Part shown: in pieces, positions 25,239 to 40,900 of the stretch | Numbering within the stretch: position 1 is the first letter of the stretch | Layout of the letters: each line of letters starts with the position of its first letter | Source: Calcarisporiella thermophila CBS 279.70 | Taxonomy: Eukaryota; Fungi; Calcarisporiellomycota | DNA: 64,000 nt | Assembly (NCBI RefSeq): GCF_041956535.1 | Contig: NW_027192200.1 | Span: 577,477-641,476, forward strand | Direction of reading: 5' to 3' | Notes under the pieces: model-generated | Databases searched by the model: none | Told to the model about the DNA's origin: nothing | What the model saw: only the letters and a program-made list of their open reading frames with translations | Translations under genes and position numbers: made by a program

Positions 25239-26494
25239 TCATTTATAAGCTGACCCAGCTCTCGAGTAATTGGGGTGAGTGCCCAAGCTCCCACCGGCAG
25301 ACACATAATTTCCATTCGAAGCGCCATCGAACGGATAGAGATCCAGCTCATTACTTCTCAAGCCATTACTTGTGCCCTGATGGGATGAGGGACGGGGACG
25401 CTGCTGTTGTTTCTCACGCAACTTCTGGATGACTGCAGTTCGTTGACTGTGTGCACGGGTAAGAAGTTTTCTTGTATCGCTCAGACGCATAAGATACTCG
25501 TTACTGCAGTTGATATTTTCCTGTTTCAAATCATGGTTATGTCGAGGAGCAAGACAAAGATCCCATTATATTTCCTACCATGACAAGTTCTCTAACGCGT
25601 GCCATTAATTCTCGTGGATCTCCGTATATATCGTTATCGATGTCATTCATAGCTTGATCATCATCTGCATTGAGTTCGGACATCTGTGCATCACTGCCAT
25701 TAAGCAAATCTTCGTAAGAGATGTCTTGATACTGTGGGTCATCTCCTTGGATAATGGCTGCAAATCGACTAAGAACTTTGTTGAGTGATTTTTCATTTTC
25801 GATCATTTCCATAGCTGTAGCCGCAAGTGATTCTAAGTGTTTGGATTGTAGGATTTTTCGCAACGGCCGTCGTTCTAGAAGATCTTCAGCCTTCTCTAAA
25901 GGGCCAAGTATTTCTGCAGAGTATTATACATAAACGTAAGATACAGCTTAAAACACTATATATACAAACTGCTGTTTCTGACTATACCTTCAATATTTAT
26001 GTCTCCGTAAGGATCTTCGTCTGAGCTATAATATCCGGCATTAGACTTATTCATAATTGTGGCCCTCTTCTTCCCGAATTTAGCGGCCTAATTATATGTC
26101 ATTCGTTTTTTTTAAAAAAAAGAATTTAAGTACTCAGTTGTAAAATAAGGCGTTGCAGACTTGATTCTCTACATTAAAGTCATCTTCGAATCCGATTGCC
26201 GCTCGTAATCTCCTTCCATTGCCGACGTAAGTTGCTCCAATCTTCAGTATTAGCCAAAATCAAACGAAAAGAGTTAAAAATAATATGCTCATAAAGAGGG
26301 AAGGAAATGAGCGTGTTTCGATGGAATAAAAAAAAGGATATGTTTATTGCCACGATTGTGGGGCACGAGACCAATGTCCTCAGGTTCGCTGGTGTCTGAT
26401 GCCGTATCAAGAGAGAGTTAGTAAATTGGTGAGATATACACCACCACTGTATAATGAATCGCGAAAAATTGAATAGCCTGATCCTACCTCCCAT
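25239..26494 (-). CDS. RXT2: RXT2-like subunit of the Rpd3L/Sin3 histone deacetylase complex
   Basis: NRGNKLK (restored across an AT-AC intron), DPYGDINIEEILGPL and AMEMIENEK match the RXT2 N-terminal domain. The start exon ATGGGAG|gtagga is a best guess. Confidence 0.75.
26247..26341 (-). other. U12-type AT-AC intron (95 nt) in RXT2
   Basis: 5'SS ATATCCTTTT, TTTTTAAC branch-like motif at 26280-26273 and terminal AC. Splicing gives AAT AAA C|TG AAG = NRGNKLK. Confidence 0.88.
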
Positions 26495-26634
26495 TGTGTT
26501 CTTAGGGGAGTATCCTACTACGAAGAAGTAAGAGAGGAAGTTATGACTGCTTGTTAACAATTGAACAAAATTTCAGAGTTTTAAGATAATTTGATTTTAT
26601 GTAGACGGGGTTGATATTTCGCGTACTTGAAAAC

Positions 26635-28522
26635 ATGAGCAACATTTACGTCCAAGAGCCGCACACAAGGTAATTGCATTGTATAGGAGCTGATAGTATT
26701 CACAAGCTTTACTCATCTTCGACTGTTTTAGTGGGAAAGTCGTTCTCCATACTACTTACGGGGATATAGATATTGAATTGTGGTCGAAGGAGACACCGAA
26801 AACATGTCGTAATTTTCTTCAACTGTGTCTTGAAGGATATTATAATGACACTATATTTCATCGGATCGTGCCTGAATTCATCATTCAGGGTGGCGATCCA
26901 ACCGGCACAGGATCAGGCATGTCGCTTTTTGTGGATTTTTATATATATATATTTCTGACGACATTTTGTCAAATAGGTGGAGAATCAATATATGGGAAGC
27001 CGTTCGCAGATGAGTTCCATTCTCGTCTACGTTTCATTCGACGTGGTTTAGTGGCTATGGCCAATGCAGGACCAAATGATAATGGGAGCCAATTCTTTAT
27101 TACTCTAGCGCGAACGGATGAGCTGCAAAACAAGCACACCATCTTTGGAAAGGTATTTTTTTGGGTGGGTGACGCTGTTTTTATGATTTCGCTCTAACTT
27201 ATTTTTATTATAGGTAGTTGGGGACACTATTTTTAATGTGATTCGCATGGGCCAACTAGATATTGATAGTAACGAGCGGCCGCTCTATCCACCAAAGATA
27301 ATTACTACTGAAGTGCTTAACAACCCCTTCGATGATATCATCCCCCGTATGACGCCTGCTGAAAAAGCGGCACTAGAAAAAGCAGAAGAGCTAGAGAAAC
27401 AAAAGGCGAAAAAAAAGAAAGAGAAAAAGTATCTACGCTTTTTTTCTATTGACGCCATCCTTTGTTACTAATTTATCTGCTTTAGAAACTCAAATCTGCT
27501 CTCTTTTGAAGAGGAAGGCGATGCTGAAGCAGTCAGGGTAAAAATCAAAAGTAGCCATGACCTTCTGAAAGATGATCCGAGACTGAGAAAAGCGGAAGCA
27601 GTGGAAAGTCAGAAAGCCGCTATGAAAGAGGGGGAAAAAGCAAAAGTGCGTGAGCTAGAACAGAGGGTTAAAGTGGCGTCTTCGGATGTAACAAACGCCG
27701 ACGATAAAGACGATGAATCAGCGGCGGAATTCGATCGACGGATGCGAGAGTCTGTAAAAGAGAGAATGGCCGGAAAACAAGAGAAGAAATTGGATCAAAG
27801 GTATTATTTTTTCGCTTGCTAAGAAGTGAATTGTAAAGAAATTTAGTCCTCTCTTATTTACAGGGAAGTTGTGCGGAATGAGATTGATAAAGTGAAGCAA
27901 GAGATACAGGCGCTTAACAAGAGAAAAAGTGAAATGCAGGAAAGGGAAAAAGAATCCAAAAAACCGAAAGTATCCATGTTAGAGCTTGAGCGCCAAAAGT
28001 ATCTCAATGGGAAACAACGTGCGACCTCAAGAAAGGATAGCAGTCGAGAAAATGAAGTAGGATCATTTCATATCCTTTTTTTATACAATCTATTTGCTAA
28101 TATTTCTTTTCATTTATTCTGAATAGCTCATGAAGCGATTCAACTCTTTTACAAAAAAACTCTCCCAGGCTGTCAAAGAGAATAAATCTGATGATACAGA
28201 GCTCCCCAGACAACGCCCCGAGCCCTCCGGAAAATCCTGTGAACTACATGGAGTACCAGGCTGCGAATCGTGTGGAAATGCAGAGAATGCCAATGAAACT
28301 GAAGAAACAGACGAAGGCTGGATAACTCACGTTATGATAGCAGAGAAAGACAGAAAAGGCAAGGATCTTATGCAGCGTCAGGAGAGCGTCCATGACTATG
28401 TAGTCATAGATCCTCGGGAGAGAAAAGAGCAGGCTCTGCGAAATGAGAGAGAAAAACGGAGAGGAAAGAGCTCGAGGGATAGGGCGAGTTCGAAAGAGCG
28501 CTCATATGAAAGGAGATCTTGA
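26635..28522 (+). CDS. CWC27: Spliceosomal cyclophilin CWC27
   Basis: MSNIYVQEPHT, IELWSKETPKTCRNFLQLCLEGYY, DEFHSRLRF, NNPFDDIIPR and DYVVIDPR. Confidence 0.95.
26917..26976 (+). other. GC-AG intron (60 nt, in frame, stop-free) in CWC27
   Basis: TCAG|GCATGT ... aaatag|GTGGA. Removal restores GGDPTGTGSGGESIYG. Confidence 0.82.
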
Positions 28523-28652
28523 AATTTTGCTTATTATTCATGAATTGCTCACCACATTAATCGAACTTTTATAAGAGTAAATATATACACGTGCATTTGG
28601 CAAATGTTTATTTATTTAGGTTTTTTTTTTCTACATTTTTAATTAACCGTAA

Positions 28653-31452
28653 TTACGAAATCTTCATCATGTCATCAACTTGGGAATCAAACGTCACACT
28701 CTCCTCTCTCTCCAAAGTCGTATTCGCTTCAGACGAAACATCTTGCTTGTCCAAGATGGCTCGATATCTTTTTTCGAAACTGTCTCGATCCGCTACCAGA
28801 TTGATAGCGCGCCAGTATAATTCTAATGATTTCTGTACCTGTTGGGTCGAATTGAGGAAGTTGATATACTCCAGCCAGATATCTGAATCATCGAAAAATA
28901 TAGCGTTACTGGATGAGAATACTTAGGGCATGAAACTATGAAACTCACCTTCAGAATCCTCTTTTGCCCTTAGGGCCATATCATAGATCCACTCAACCCG
29001 ATCTTTAACAAACTTATTTAGAGATGGAGTGGGATGCTGACCGTTGCACTCTGAATCGAGCTCGAGTTTAACACAGTGTTGGAAAAATGAAAGCGGGGGC
29101 GTGTTTTTGATAAGCCTAGGTGAATAGCGAACCAAATTCAATCTTTCCAAAAACGACCAAGCACCGATGTTTGCTACTTACTTTTCGTAGACCTCTCTTC
29201 CCTTTTGAATACCGCCTTTTTCGACGGCCCATTCAGCATAGCGATTAAATACTAGCTCCTTGATCGAAGTGACTTCCGCGGCAATTTTGCATTTGGTGTA
29301 TAGACGATTTAGATCTGAGACAGCGTTCTGAAATCAACGTGAGCGCCGTTAGTACCAAAATATAAGAAACAGCAAAGATAGATGTATGCGAAGAATAAAT
29401 ACCGTAAAATATTTTTCAATGTCTGGGACTCCCAGTTGATTGTTTCGGGACAGAAGGAAGATCCAATCAAAATAAGAGCTCCATATAGCGAAAGATGAGG
29501 GATTATGCGTCAGGGCTTTTGAATATAAATCTAAAGCGGAATCTACAAAACAAACGTGGTGAATATCTTAAAAAGTGGATGGGAAGAGAATTATTGTTAC
29601 CATCCGTAATGCTTATCAATGTCAACCAAAGGGTTGGTTCTTCTGGATGTGCCTCCGTGCCTCGTGTGGCAGTAATGCGAGCTGTTGAAATAAACATGAG
29701 ATGCATGAATTGTATACTTTGACACGAGCAACCTACTAACCATTATTAATATCATCTTCTCTAAGGTATTGTTGCACAACAGCCGAATATACTTCTTGGG
29801 ATGCATATCCCTGCTTCTGTGCCGATTTGAAGACCGATGATATTGATTTGGAAAGATACAATCGCTAATTGAAAGGATAAATAGATGTTAGAGACGGTTT
29901 GAATGAAAGATCAGGCAAATTATATACCAGATTGGGTTCCGACACTTTTGAGTACCATTGACTCAAAAACTGAATATAGAGAAGACACATTTCGCTTGTG
30001 GGAATTTCCTATTGAAGTAAGTTTAGGATTAGCAGATACACATGAAGCAGAGAGCATTGAAATACCTTTAATGATTTATTGAATTCTTCAATAGATTTGC
30101 GGATTTCGGGGATGAGTAGTGGGCTTTCGGTATCTAGGGTTGGCACGTTAACGTGGCGGGCTGCGAGAAATGCTCTGGCCCTCGGGTCTTCAGGAAAATC
30201 GCGCTCAATGCTGTAAAAACAAATACTTAAATATCACTTATTATAAAGGAGAAAATACAATATACCCACCTTGCAAAAATTTCATTTTGACCCTCTTCAG
30301 TATCTGAAAATTGACGGTAAATGTCCACAAATTTCTCTCTAAACGAGAGGCTATTCGGATTAGCTAGAGGAAATACTTGCAGTTATTTACGAGATAGCCG
30401 AGAAAAATATATGTATATATATACATACCATCAATTGCGTTTTTGTAAACAATCTTTGCGAGCGCACCGGATAAAATAGGGTTTTGCTCATTTTTAAGTG
30501 CGCTAGTAATATCTTCGGATAATTCGTTTGCGGTTTTCTAAGGTTGAGGGGGAAGAGTTAAATTAAACATTTTCATATAGAAATATAGAAATATATTTCT
30601 ACTTTTATCTTTTCCACATAGGCTAGCTCGAGTCTAAAATATTCGTGCCATAATTGCTCTTTCTCAGGATTAAGCCGCAGCCCTCTTTGCATCAGAGCTA
30701 GGATATGGGAATTGCGATCAGTCTCGTGGTTTAGCTATAAATATAAAATTCATACTTCTAGCCGCGACAATGTTAGCATTTTCTTCAAACTCCCATGATG
30801 CAGCGAGGATCCATAGTGAAGTTTTCGAAGGGTGCAGCTGAATTGCTCTGTTTAAAAATTAGCAAACCAGTTAAGCATATGCAGCTATAACGCTATAACG
30901 CTATAACGCTAATACGCACTTTGCAAACAACTTGCCGAGAGTTTTACTTGCACCAGAGCTTTTAGCAAAGTCAATGTATTGAAGCCAAAGGCTCACGTCT
31001 CCACCGAATTTACGGAGCGCTCGTTCGAAAATAAAATTAATCCTTCTTACGCCGGCGTAATCTGAAATCGACGTTTTGGATTTTATATCTTAAAATTTGG
31101 AAAAATAATAGGAGTTAAACCGGAATTCGTTCTATGCTAATGTACATAGAAGTATAATCTATTACCAAGCCGAGACTTCCTTTTCTTCCTTAACGCTTCA
31201 AGATTCATTTCATATTCAACATAGCGTAAGTAATCAATTTTTTTGGAAATCCTACGCTTCAGAGCGTATTCAAATTTTGTGCGTCTCTTAACGATCGACT
31301 TGACTTCGGCCTAAGGAATTAAATAGTAATTGTAGTGGAGACAAGATTCAAGAGTAAAATGAGCGACCCACCTTCGAAAAGATCCCCTTGTTCTCGAGAT
31401 CCTCGAGTTCGGGGACCATTTGCTCGAGATAGTATTGAACTGTATCCGCCAT
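28653..31452 (-). CDS. UTP6: U3 snoRNA-associated protein 6 (HAT repeats), many exons
   Basis: MADTVQYYLEQMVPELEDL, IVKRRTKFEYALKRR, WILAASWEFEENANIVAAR and LMQRGLRLNP. Confidence 0.92.
30884..30911. repeat. Short tandem repeat (GCTATAAC)x3.5 in a UTP6 intron
   Basis: gctataacgctataacgctataacgcta seen directly. Confidence 0.8.
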
Positions 31453-31619
31453 GTTGTAATAATATACGCCACGATCGGTAGTGGAGGAAATGCAATAACT
31501 TCAAAGAGTAGGCTTCAATAAACACAAAAATAGTGACTATTTTTGTGACTTTCAACTCAATCTAATATGACTTTAGTGGAATTCGATGCGAAACGACCTA
31601 TACTTTTAGGAAGTCGAGT

Positions 31620-34580
<2,961 letters not shown>

Positions 34581-35020
34581 AGTATTTCAGTTGATTCTGA
34601 CAAATCAGCTCAAATACTTGACGCTAAGGGAGGTTCCTCCTCATGCTCTGTACTATAATAAATACTTCTGCTTGAAAGGCAGCTGTGAGCCTATAGGCTA
34701 TAGTTTTATAATCAATTTATATACCAAGCTTTTCTAAATACTGCAAAGGAGGTCCTCCATTAATTCCATTAATTTGCGGGTGTAATCAACCCTTTGACTG
34801 TTGGCTTTGACATTGGCATTTTTGGGTCTACCCAATCAGGTATATAAATAAGGCATTGAAACATTGCTCAAAGCCGATCGTACCTAACCACTAGTAAATG
34901 CATTCCAACGCCAAACCTGGAATTTTTCCGTCGGAAATTATCAGAAATATAAAATGGATATCCCCCTTAGTCCCCATACTTTTTTTGTTTTGAACTGTTT
35001 TGTTTGCAACTATTCAAAGT

Positions 35021-35572
35021 ATGTTTTGGCGTGTTTTTTTCCTGCTCTTTCTCTGTCTGCCCGTCGTGCTAGCTAACAATTCCGCTTTTCACGAGCTTCT
35101 TCGTCGGCAACAGCAGTGCGACTACAGCAAGTGCAATGGTAACTTGGCAAATTTTGGAGGTGTATTGTGTTCAACTAGGTCGTTTAACCTTTATCTTCTT
35201 CTTTGCACTCTAGGCGTTTATGATTCAATAAAGAACTGTCAGCAGAGTACCAACTTTACTAACCCGAATGATCAGACCGCAGTTACGAATTTTGCAAAGG
35301 TATGGACCCTTTTCTTCCCTACTTTGAAGTCGAATATTAAATAGACGTTATACTTTTAGTGCCTTTGCAACACATCTAACTTCGGAAGCATGTACAGCTC
35401 TTGTATTCAGGCGTGCGGAACCGCCGCTAATACTGGGGTCACCGCTGAACAACTGAATACCCAGTGTCAGCAAATTAACAACGGCCAGCCATTAGGAACC
35501 AAGTCGGATGCAGCAGCTCTTAAGCCTGTTGCGGCCTTTGCACTTGTGCTTGCTTCATTTTTCATTCTTTAG
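35021..35572 (+). CDS. Small secreted 8-Cys, probably GPI-anchored, CFEM-like protein, 3 exons
   Basis: Signal peptide, RR site, 8 Cys including CLC and CIQAC, and hydrophobic C-terminus after SDA. Introns 35139-35213 and 35300-35359. Confidence 0.75.
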
Positions 35573-35829
35573 ATCGTTTTTTCTAGATTTATTTCCCTAA
35601 TTCTTCAGCGCTTTGACAACAATCTTGTAAAAATTCCCCATCTTCTTTCTCCGCGCATTTAATTAAATGAGTTGAAATAGCATCGGAACCTTATATGATA
35701 TCTATATCTGTACCTTGTACAGTTCAAAAAATTATTTATTTCAAAATGCAGAAGAAAAAGAGCCAAAAACTGAAAAGAAAAATTAAATATTTTTCACTTT
35801 TGCCATGAACGTAGAGTAGAGAATATTAA

Positions 35830-37677
35830 TTACATAACAGAGCAGTTGTCATTATCAGGTTTGCCTGTGCGTGTGTGCTCCCTTCGAGCAGGGCGAGCTC
35901 CCATATTTTTGAGCTCGGCCAAGCGAGAAATAGCCCGCTTGTTACCTTGTCCAGCTGCACGCAAGTACCATCGCCGGGCTTCTTCCAAATCTTGCTTCAC
36001 GCCAATGCCCACCTCAGAGTAGTAGCCAACTGCATACTCAGCTTTGGATAGGCCTTTATCTGCTGCACGTCTTGCCCACAAATATGCCTCTGTATCGGAT
36101 TGTTTAAGAACACCTTCTGAACCTGTAAGATACCAACCAGAGAGCGCCAGCTCGGCTTCTGGATCACCTTGTTCGGCTGCTCTGGAGTACCAAGCTATTG
36201 ACCTGCGCGGGTCCACGGGGCAAGTTATCAACCCATACTCGTAGCAGCACCCCAATTTGAACTGGGAAGGGGCATATCCAAGTTGGGCTGCCTGTGTGAA
36301 TAATTCCCTTGCGTAAGCTTCGTCTGGAATAACAGAAGGCACACCAGATTTTTCATAGCAAAGTCCAAGCTCGTGCAGAGCATGAGGGTTATCCTCATCT
36401 GCCTGGGCTGCCGCCCGCTTGAGCCATGTCACCGCTTCGCGTGGGTTTTTCTGTTGTGAGAGTAAACCATTAAGTAAGATCATTCCGAGTTTATACATGG
36501 CAGCTGTCTCGCCCAGTGCTGCAGCTTTCCTGAAAAACTGAACAGCTCGGTGGGGGTCGCGTTTTGTTCCAGCTCCTACTTCATAGCACACAGCTGCTCT
36601 GTAAGTAGATGATGCATGGTTTTGCTTCGACGCCTGCAGATATAAGCTAAATGCCTTGTCGTGATCTACCGCAAGGCCATATGCTCCGGTACCATAGCAA
36701 TTGGCGAGGAAAAATGCAGCCTCAGGATACGCTGGTTTCCCTAGTCCACTTTGTGATCCTAACCGTTTGACAATTTTCATCGCCTCTTGGGCCATACCAT
36801 CACGAACTCGCCGTGCCCGCTTTGCATCTTGTGTTTGGTCAGCAAAATAAGGTGCAGAATGCAACAAGAATTTGGCATAACGGAGTTGGATTTTTGGATC
36901 ATTATTCGTTCGTGCCTCCTCGCGATATTTTTCTAGTAATTCTCGAGTTGGGGCTGGGAATTCCTCCTCTTTCTTTTTTGCAGGCTGTTCGGCAGCGCTC
37001 AACTCGCTATGTATTGTATTCGAGCGGGCAATGGGGTAGGGTTCACTCGAATACTCAGCGTTAGAATATTGTTCGGGAGCGTATTGATCACCATAATAGT
37101 AATAATCTTGAGCATAGCCCTGAGCATAGGCATCTTCAGATCCATGTGGGTAAGGTTGCGGTGGATAACCTGGTTGCTGCTGGTAGTATTCGTTCGAATA
37201 ATACTGCTCGTTATAATCTGCAGAAGGATTGACACTGTTAGGAGGATACTCATAATTGTGGTTGTTTGCAGAATGGTATCCGTCAGGTTGCTCATAATTT
37301 TGATGAGGAATATAGCCTTCGTTTGCGTAGGCCCCTTGTTCTGGATACTGATGGTGTCCATATTGATCGTAGTGAGCGTATGAATTCTGCGGGTGCCCAT
37401 ATTGCTGATCGAAATGAGCTACATCATGCCTAGTTTCCTGATATTGTTCCTGGTAACCGCTATATGCTGCTTCATCATATCCTTCATAGTTAGTATGAGC
37501 GGGAGCAGCAGAAGATATTTGATGATGAGGCGGTGATTGGTGAGGAGGGTACTGACTCGACGATGAAGGAGCGGGTGAACGCGATCGAGAATCATGGCCA
37601 TCACTGATTTTCAGTTTTTCTAGACCCAGTTGTTCGGGAGTAGGCGAGTTCGATCGGATGGGTGGAGCATTGCTCAT
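35830..37677 (-). CDS. CHS4: Chitin synthase activator Chs4/Skt5 (Sel1 repeats, CAAX)
   Basis: Tandem Sel1-like repeats, ELALSGWYLTGSEGVL, C-terminal CSVM prenylation motif and a Y/Q/P-rich N-terminus. Confidence 0.92.
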   Translation of the reverse strand: MSNAPPIRSNSPTPEQLGLEKLKISDGHDSRSRSPAPSSSSQYPPHQSPPHHQISSAAPAHTNYEGYDEAAYSGYQEQYQETRHDVAHFDQQYGHPQNSYAHYDQYGHHQYPEQGAYANEGYIPHQNYEQPDGYHSANNHNYEYPPNSVNPSADYNEQYYSNEYYQQQPGYPPQPYPHGSEDAYAQGYAQDYYYYGDQYAPEQYSNAEYSSEPYPIARSNTIHSELSAAEQPAKKKEEEFPAPTRELLEKYREEARTNNDPKIQLRYAKFLLHSAPYFADQTQDAKRARRVRDGMAQEAMKIVKRLGSQSGLGKPAYPEAAFFLANCYGTGAYGLAVDHDKAFSLYLQASKQNHASSTYRAAVCYEVGAGTKRDPHRAVQFFRKAAALGETAAMYKLGMILLNGLLSQQKNPREAVTWLKRAAAQADEDNPHALHELGLCYEKSGVPSVIPDEAYARELFTQAAQLGYAPSQFKLGCCYEYGLITCPVDPRRSIAWYSRAAEQGDPEAELALSGWYLTGSEGVLKQSDTEAYLWARRAADKGLSKAEYAVGYYSEVGIGVKQDLEEARRWYLRAAGQGNKRAISRLAELKNMGARPARREHTRTGKPDNDNCSVM

Positions 37678-37975
37678 TTTTATCGTGTGCTCTCAAAAAT
37701 ATTGGCTCTAAAATTGTTTGTAAAAATTAATACTTAGGAATTCTACCAGTAAGTACTTGAGTTTATATATACATCTATTTTGAATTATTGTTTTCTACAC
37801 ACTCTCGGTATTTATTGAAGTTATAGGTTGTAAGCTGCAAAGAAATTATAGTATTGTGATGAACCTGAAATATGTTCCCTCTGTTTTGTCTGGATGAAGC
37901 AAGAAACACATCTGCGCCACCCAACCCGTAAAGATTATTCTTCACTCGTTAGTTCTACATGTGCATTACAAAAAT

Positions 37976-40900
37976 ATGCGAGGTCAAGATCGCTATAATC
38001 GCGCCTGGATACCACCTTTTTCTCGCACTTCCTCTTATAACCATGGGCGGCCCACTTACCAGCAAGGAAAAGGTGGTATAGCTTGTTTCTCACTTGGATC
38101 CTGAGATTTTGAATTAATATATATAATTTCCAGAGACATATTCTAGAGTTCGTCAGCTTATTACAAAAGCATGCCAGGATAATGGAGATTCAAACTATGC
38201 GCGTCGTGGCAATGCGATTGGACAGTTAACAAGTCTCTTATACGATCGAGATATCGCACCTGATCTTCGCTTTGCAATCGATGAATGCTTTAAAGAAAAT
38301 CAAGAGACACACGACTTATTTCTCCTCTTTGAAGACTCCAAGTAAATATTCATTTTTATCTGATTCAATTTAGATATATTTTTTTTTACATTACATTCTT
38401 AGAGCCCCGCCTGCGTTCAAAAAATCCTTAGTCGAATGCATTGTCCAAATTGCTTTCATTTATCGTGATGATATTGATTATTTTGTACGGATAATATGGT
38501 CGCACTTAAACCTTAGCGCAGAATCCGTACGAAATAAAGACAAAGATAGGAATATTTGGCTTCTCACGGTGCTGCTTGAAGTAAGTATTTACTTCTCAGT
38601 ATTGTTTGGCAATATTTCATTTAGGATTTGAAATAGATTGTCAACCAAATTTCGAAGTTTGAACGAAATGCAGCTGTTAGCTCTTCTGCTATACTGAAAT
38701 GTTCTTCAGCTATTCTCTCTGGTGCGGAAACATTTCTAGATGCGATAGAGTCTCAGGAATTATTAGTACCAACCATCAACTTGATAGTAGCGATTTCAAA
38801 AATTTGTCCCTCAGCATTTGATAACGAATTTCAGGTGCAACTTAGCTCTAATCTTTCTGTACTGAGAGCATACTTATGTATTTGCATTTTAGGAAATAAT
38901 AAACCTGATGACTGGGTGGCAAATCGACAATTCTCTTACACTATCTAGGCAGCTCGTAATTGCTGGTTAGTATAATTTTTCAATATTACAAATGTAGTTA
39001 TGTTTTTGACATAAATGTTGCTCTATGTAGACGCATTTTGCCAATTTCGGCCATTATGGAAGAGCCACTATAGCTTTGCAAGTGATCTATTAAATAGTCT
39101 TCTTCGCAGAATCCAATTTTCAGTCGACTTTCGTCTATACACCCGTAATGACAAAAAGTTTGTAGCAAAATCTCATGGATATATTAGAGAATTGTCAGCA
39201 TTAGCAAGGTATTTTTAGTTAAATATTCCTATAGAGAATAGCTCTTCTTAATACTTTTTATTTAGCTGTTTTGCTGGATTGCTTAAGGCAATTATCCCGG
39301 TGCTTCCTGAAAATCTCGAGACTTTCGAGGATTTTCGTACTTATTCTTTGCACTCCATATTCCATATGGTCAATCAAAATCCACAACTGTACCAAATATG
39401 TTTGTATTTTCTGACTTTGCTTAACTATGACTGCATTATTCTAATGTCTAATTGTCTATTTAGTCAATGGTGCCGTATTTCAACTCAGTGTATGCAGAGT
39501 TGATAAAATTGTGAATCTACAACCTAAGATATTCAATTACTACGCTTCACAAGTGGAAATTGCAGAAAACAGCTCAGATTTAATATCAGGCGATTTTTTG
39601 GATATATTTTCCAAAATAATTCACGAATGGTTGCCTATGCTTCATCCGACAATTCCTTTCTGTATACTCGCCATGTCAAAATCATCTTTCATAATGAGGT
39701 TAAGAAATATTTCCCAGGCTACGGCAACTTATGCAATCAACCTCTGTCGAGCAGTTATCCCAAAACACTCTGATAGGGTTCATCAAAATTGCGTGCTTCG
39801 GTATCTTGTACAAGAAATTGTACACATAATCCGATACAAAGCTGAAGAAAACCACAGTGCTACCACCATCCAATGCGCAAGAGAGGAATCTGATAAAGCA
39901 TTAGAACTGGTTGATAATGAAGCATGGGAAGAAGTAAACGAGTGGTTTCGCACTCCCAATGAGAGCTTTATTGAGATAGAGTGTTTGGAATCGCCTCTCT
40001 CTGCATTCACTTTCAACATGTTGTTTTTAATTGAAGCTGGCCGAACATGGGGCGCTTGGTCAACTGTGATTTCCATTTCATTTGCGCGCATACTTTCAGA
40101 ATCTATTAATGGGAATTTGCCAACCTCCTTAGTCGGGATATTCTTAGATGAGTGGCGCAAATTGTCGTTAAGGTAGATATAACCACTGTGCAGTCATTCC
40201 GTCCATTGGCCTAACCAATAATATTTTTTACAAGTCAACTTCAAAAATATACAAATCAAAATATCTCGACCGAGGCTGTCGATACTAATTCGACACTTGA
40301 ATCAGCGTTGATTTATATGCGTGGAGTGTTCCGCACTTCAAATGCTGCTCCTTTACTTATCAAGAAAGTTTCAGCAAGCTGGTTTTGCGAGTTAGTCGAT
40401 ATCCTAAAAAATTCAACATTTATTAAGCGAAAATTAGAGACATACCTCTACGATATTTTGATATGCTTGATAAATGCTGCAGGTATGAATTCCAATCTCA
40501 TAGTTGAGATTATGAGCAAACCAGAGGTCTTCAGCTTTTTAACTTTTACGTTAACAATATCAGAAAATGAACCGAACCGTGAATTGCGCTTTTCCTTTAC
40601 TAATGCAATCACCAAGTGCTTTGATGTGATGAATCACTGTAAATTACCGACATATGTATTTAGTAAAATTGCACAGAGGTAAATCTGCTAAAATACTTAT
40701 TTCTTAGTTTGTTCTAATTATTCTAATGTTATTTTTTTCATTATCCTGACAGGACGAACGACATCGATGAAGAAATTGCAGAACTCAATTTCAAAATTCT
40801 ATGTCGAGTCAACCCTTTACTAGTTCTCAATGATATAGGCCTAAAGGAGAGCCCATTCATGAGAGAATTCAAAGTAATTATCAAATCTTTTGTAGACTAT

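Noticed and set aside
27429-27485. GTATCT donor in CWC27 as a possible GT-AG U12 intron
   Set aside because: Positions +6 to +8 do not match CTT, and the branch motif (TACTAAT) is U2-like
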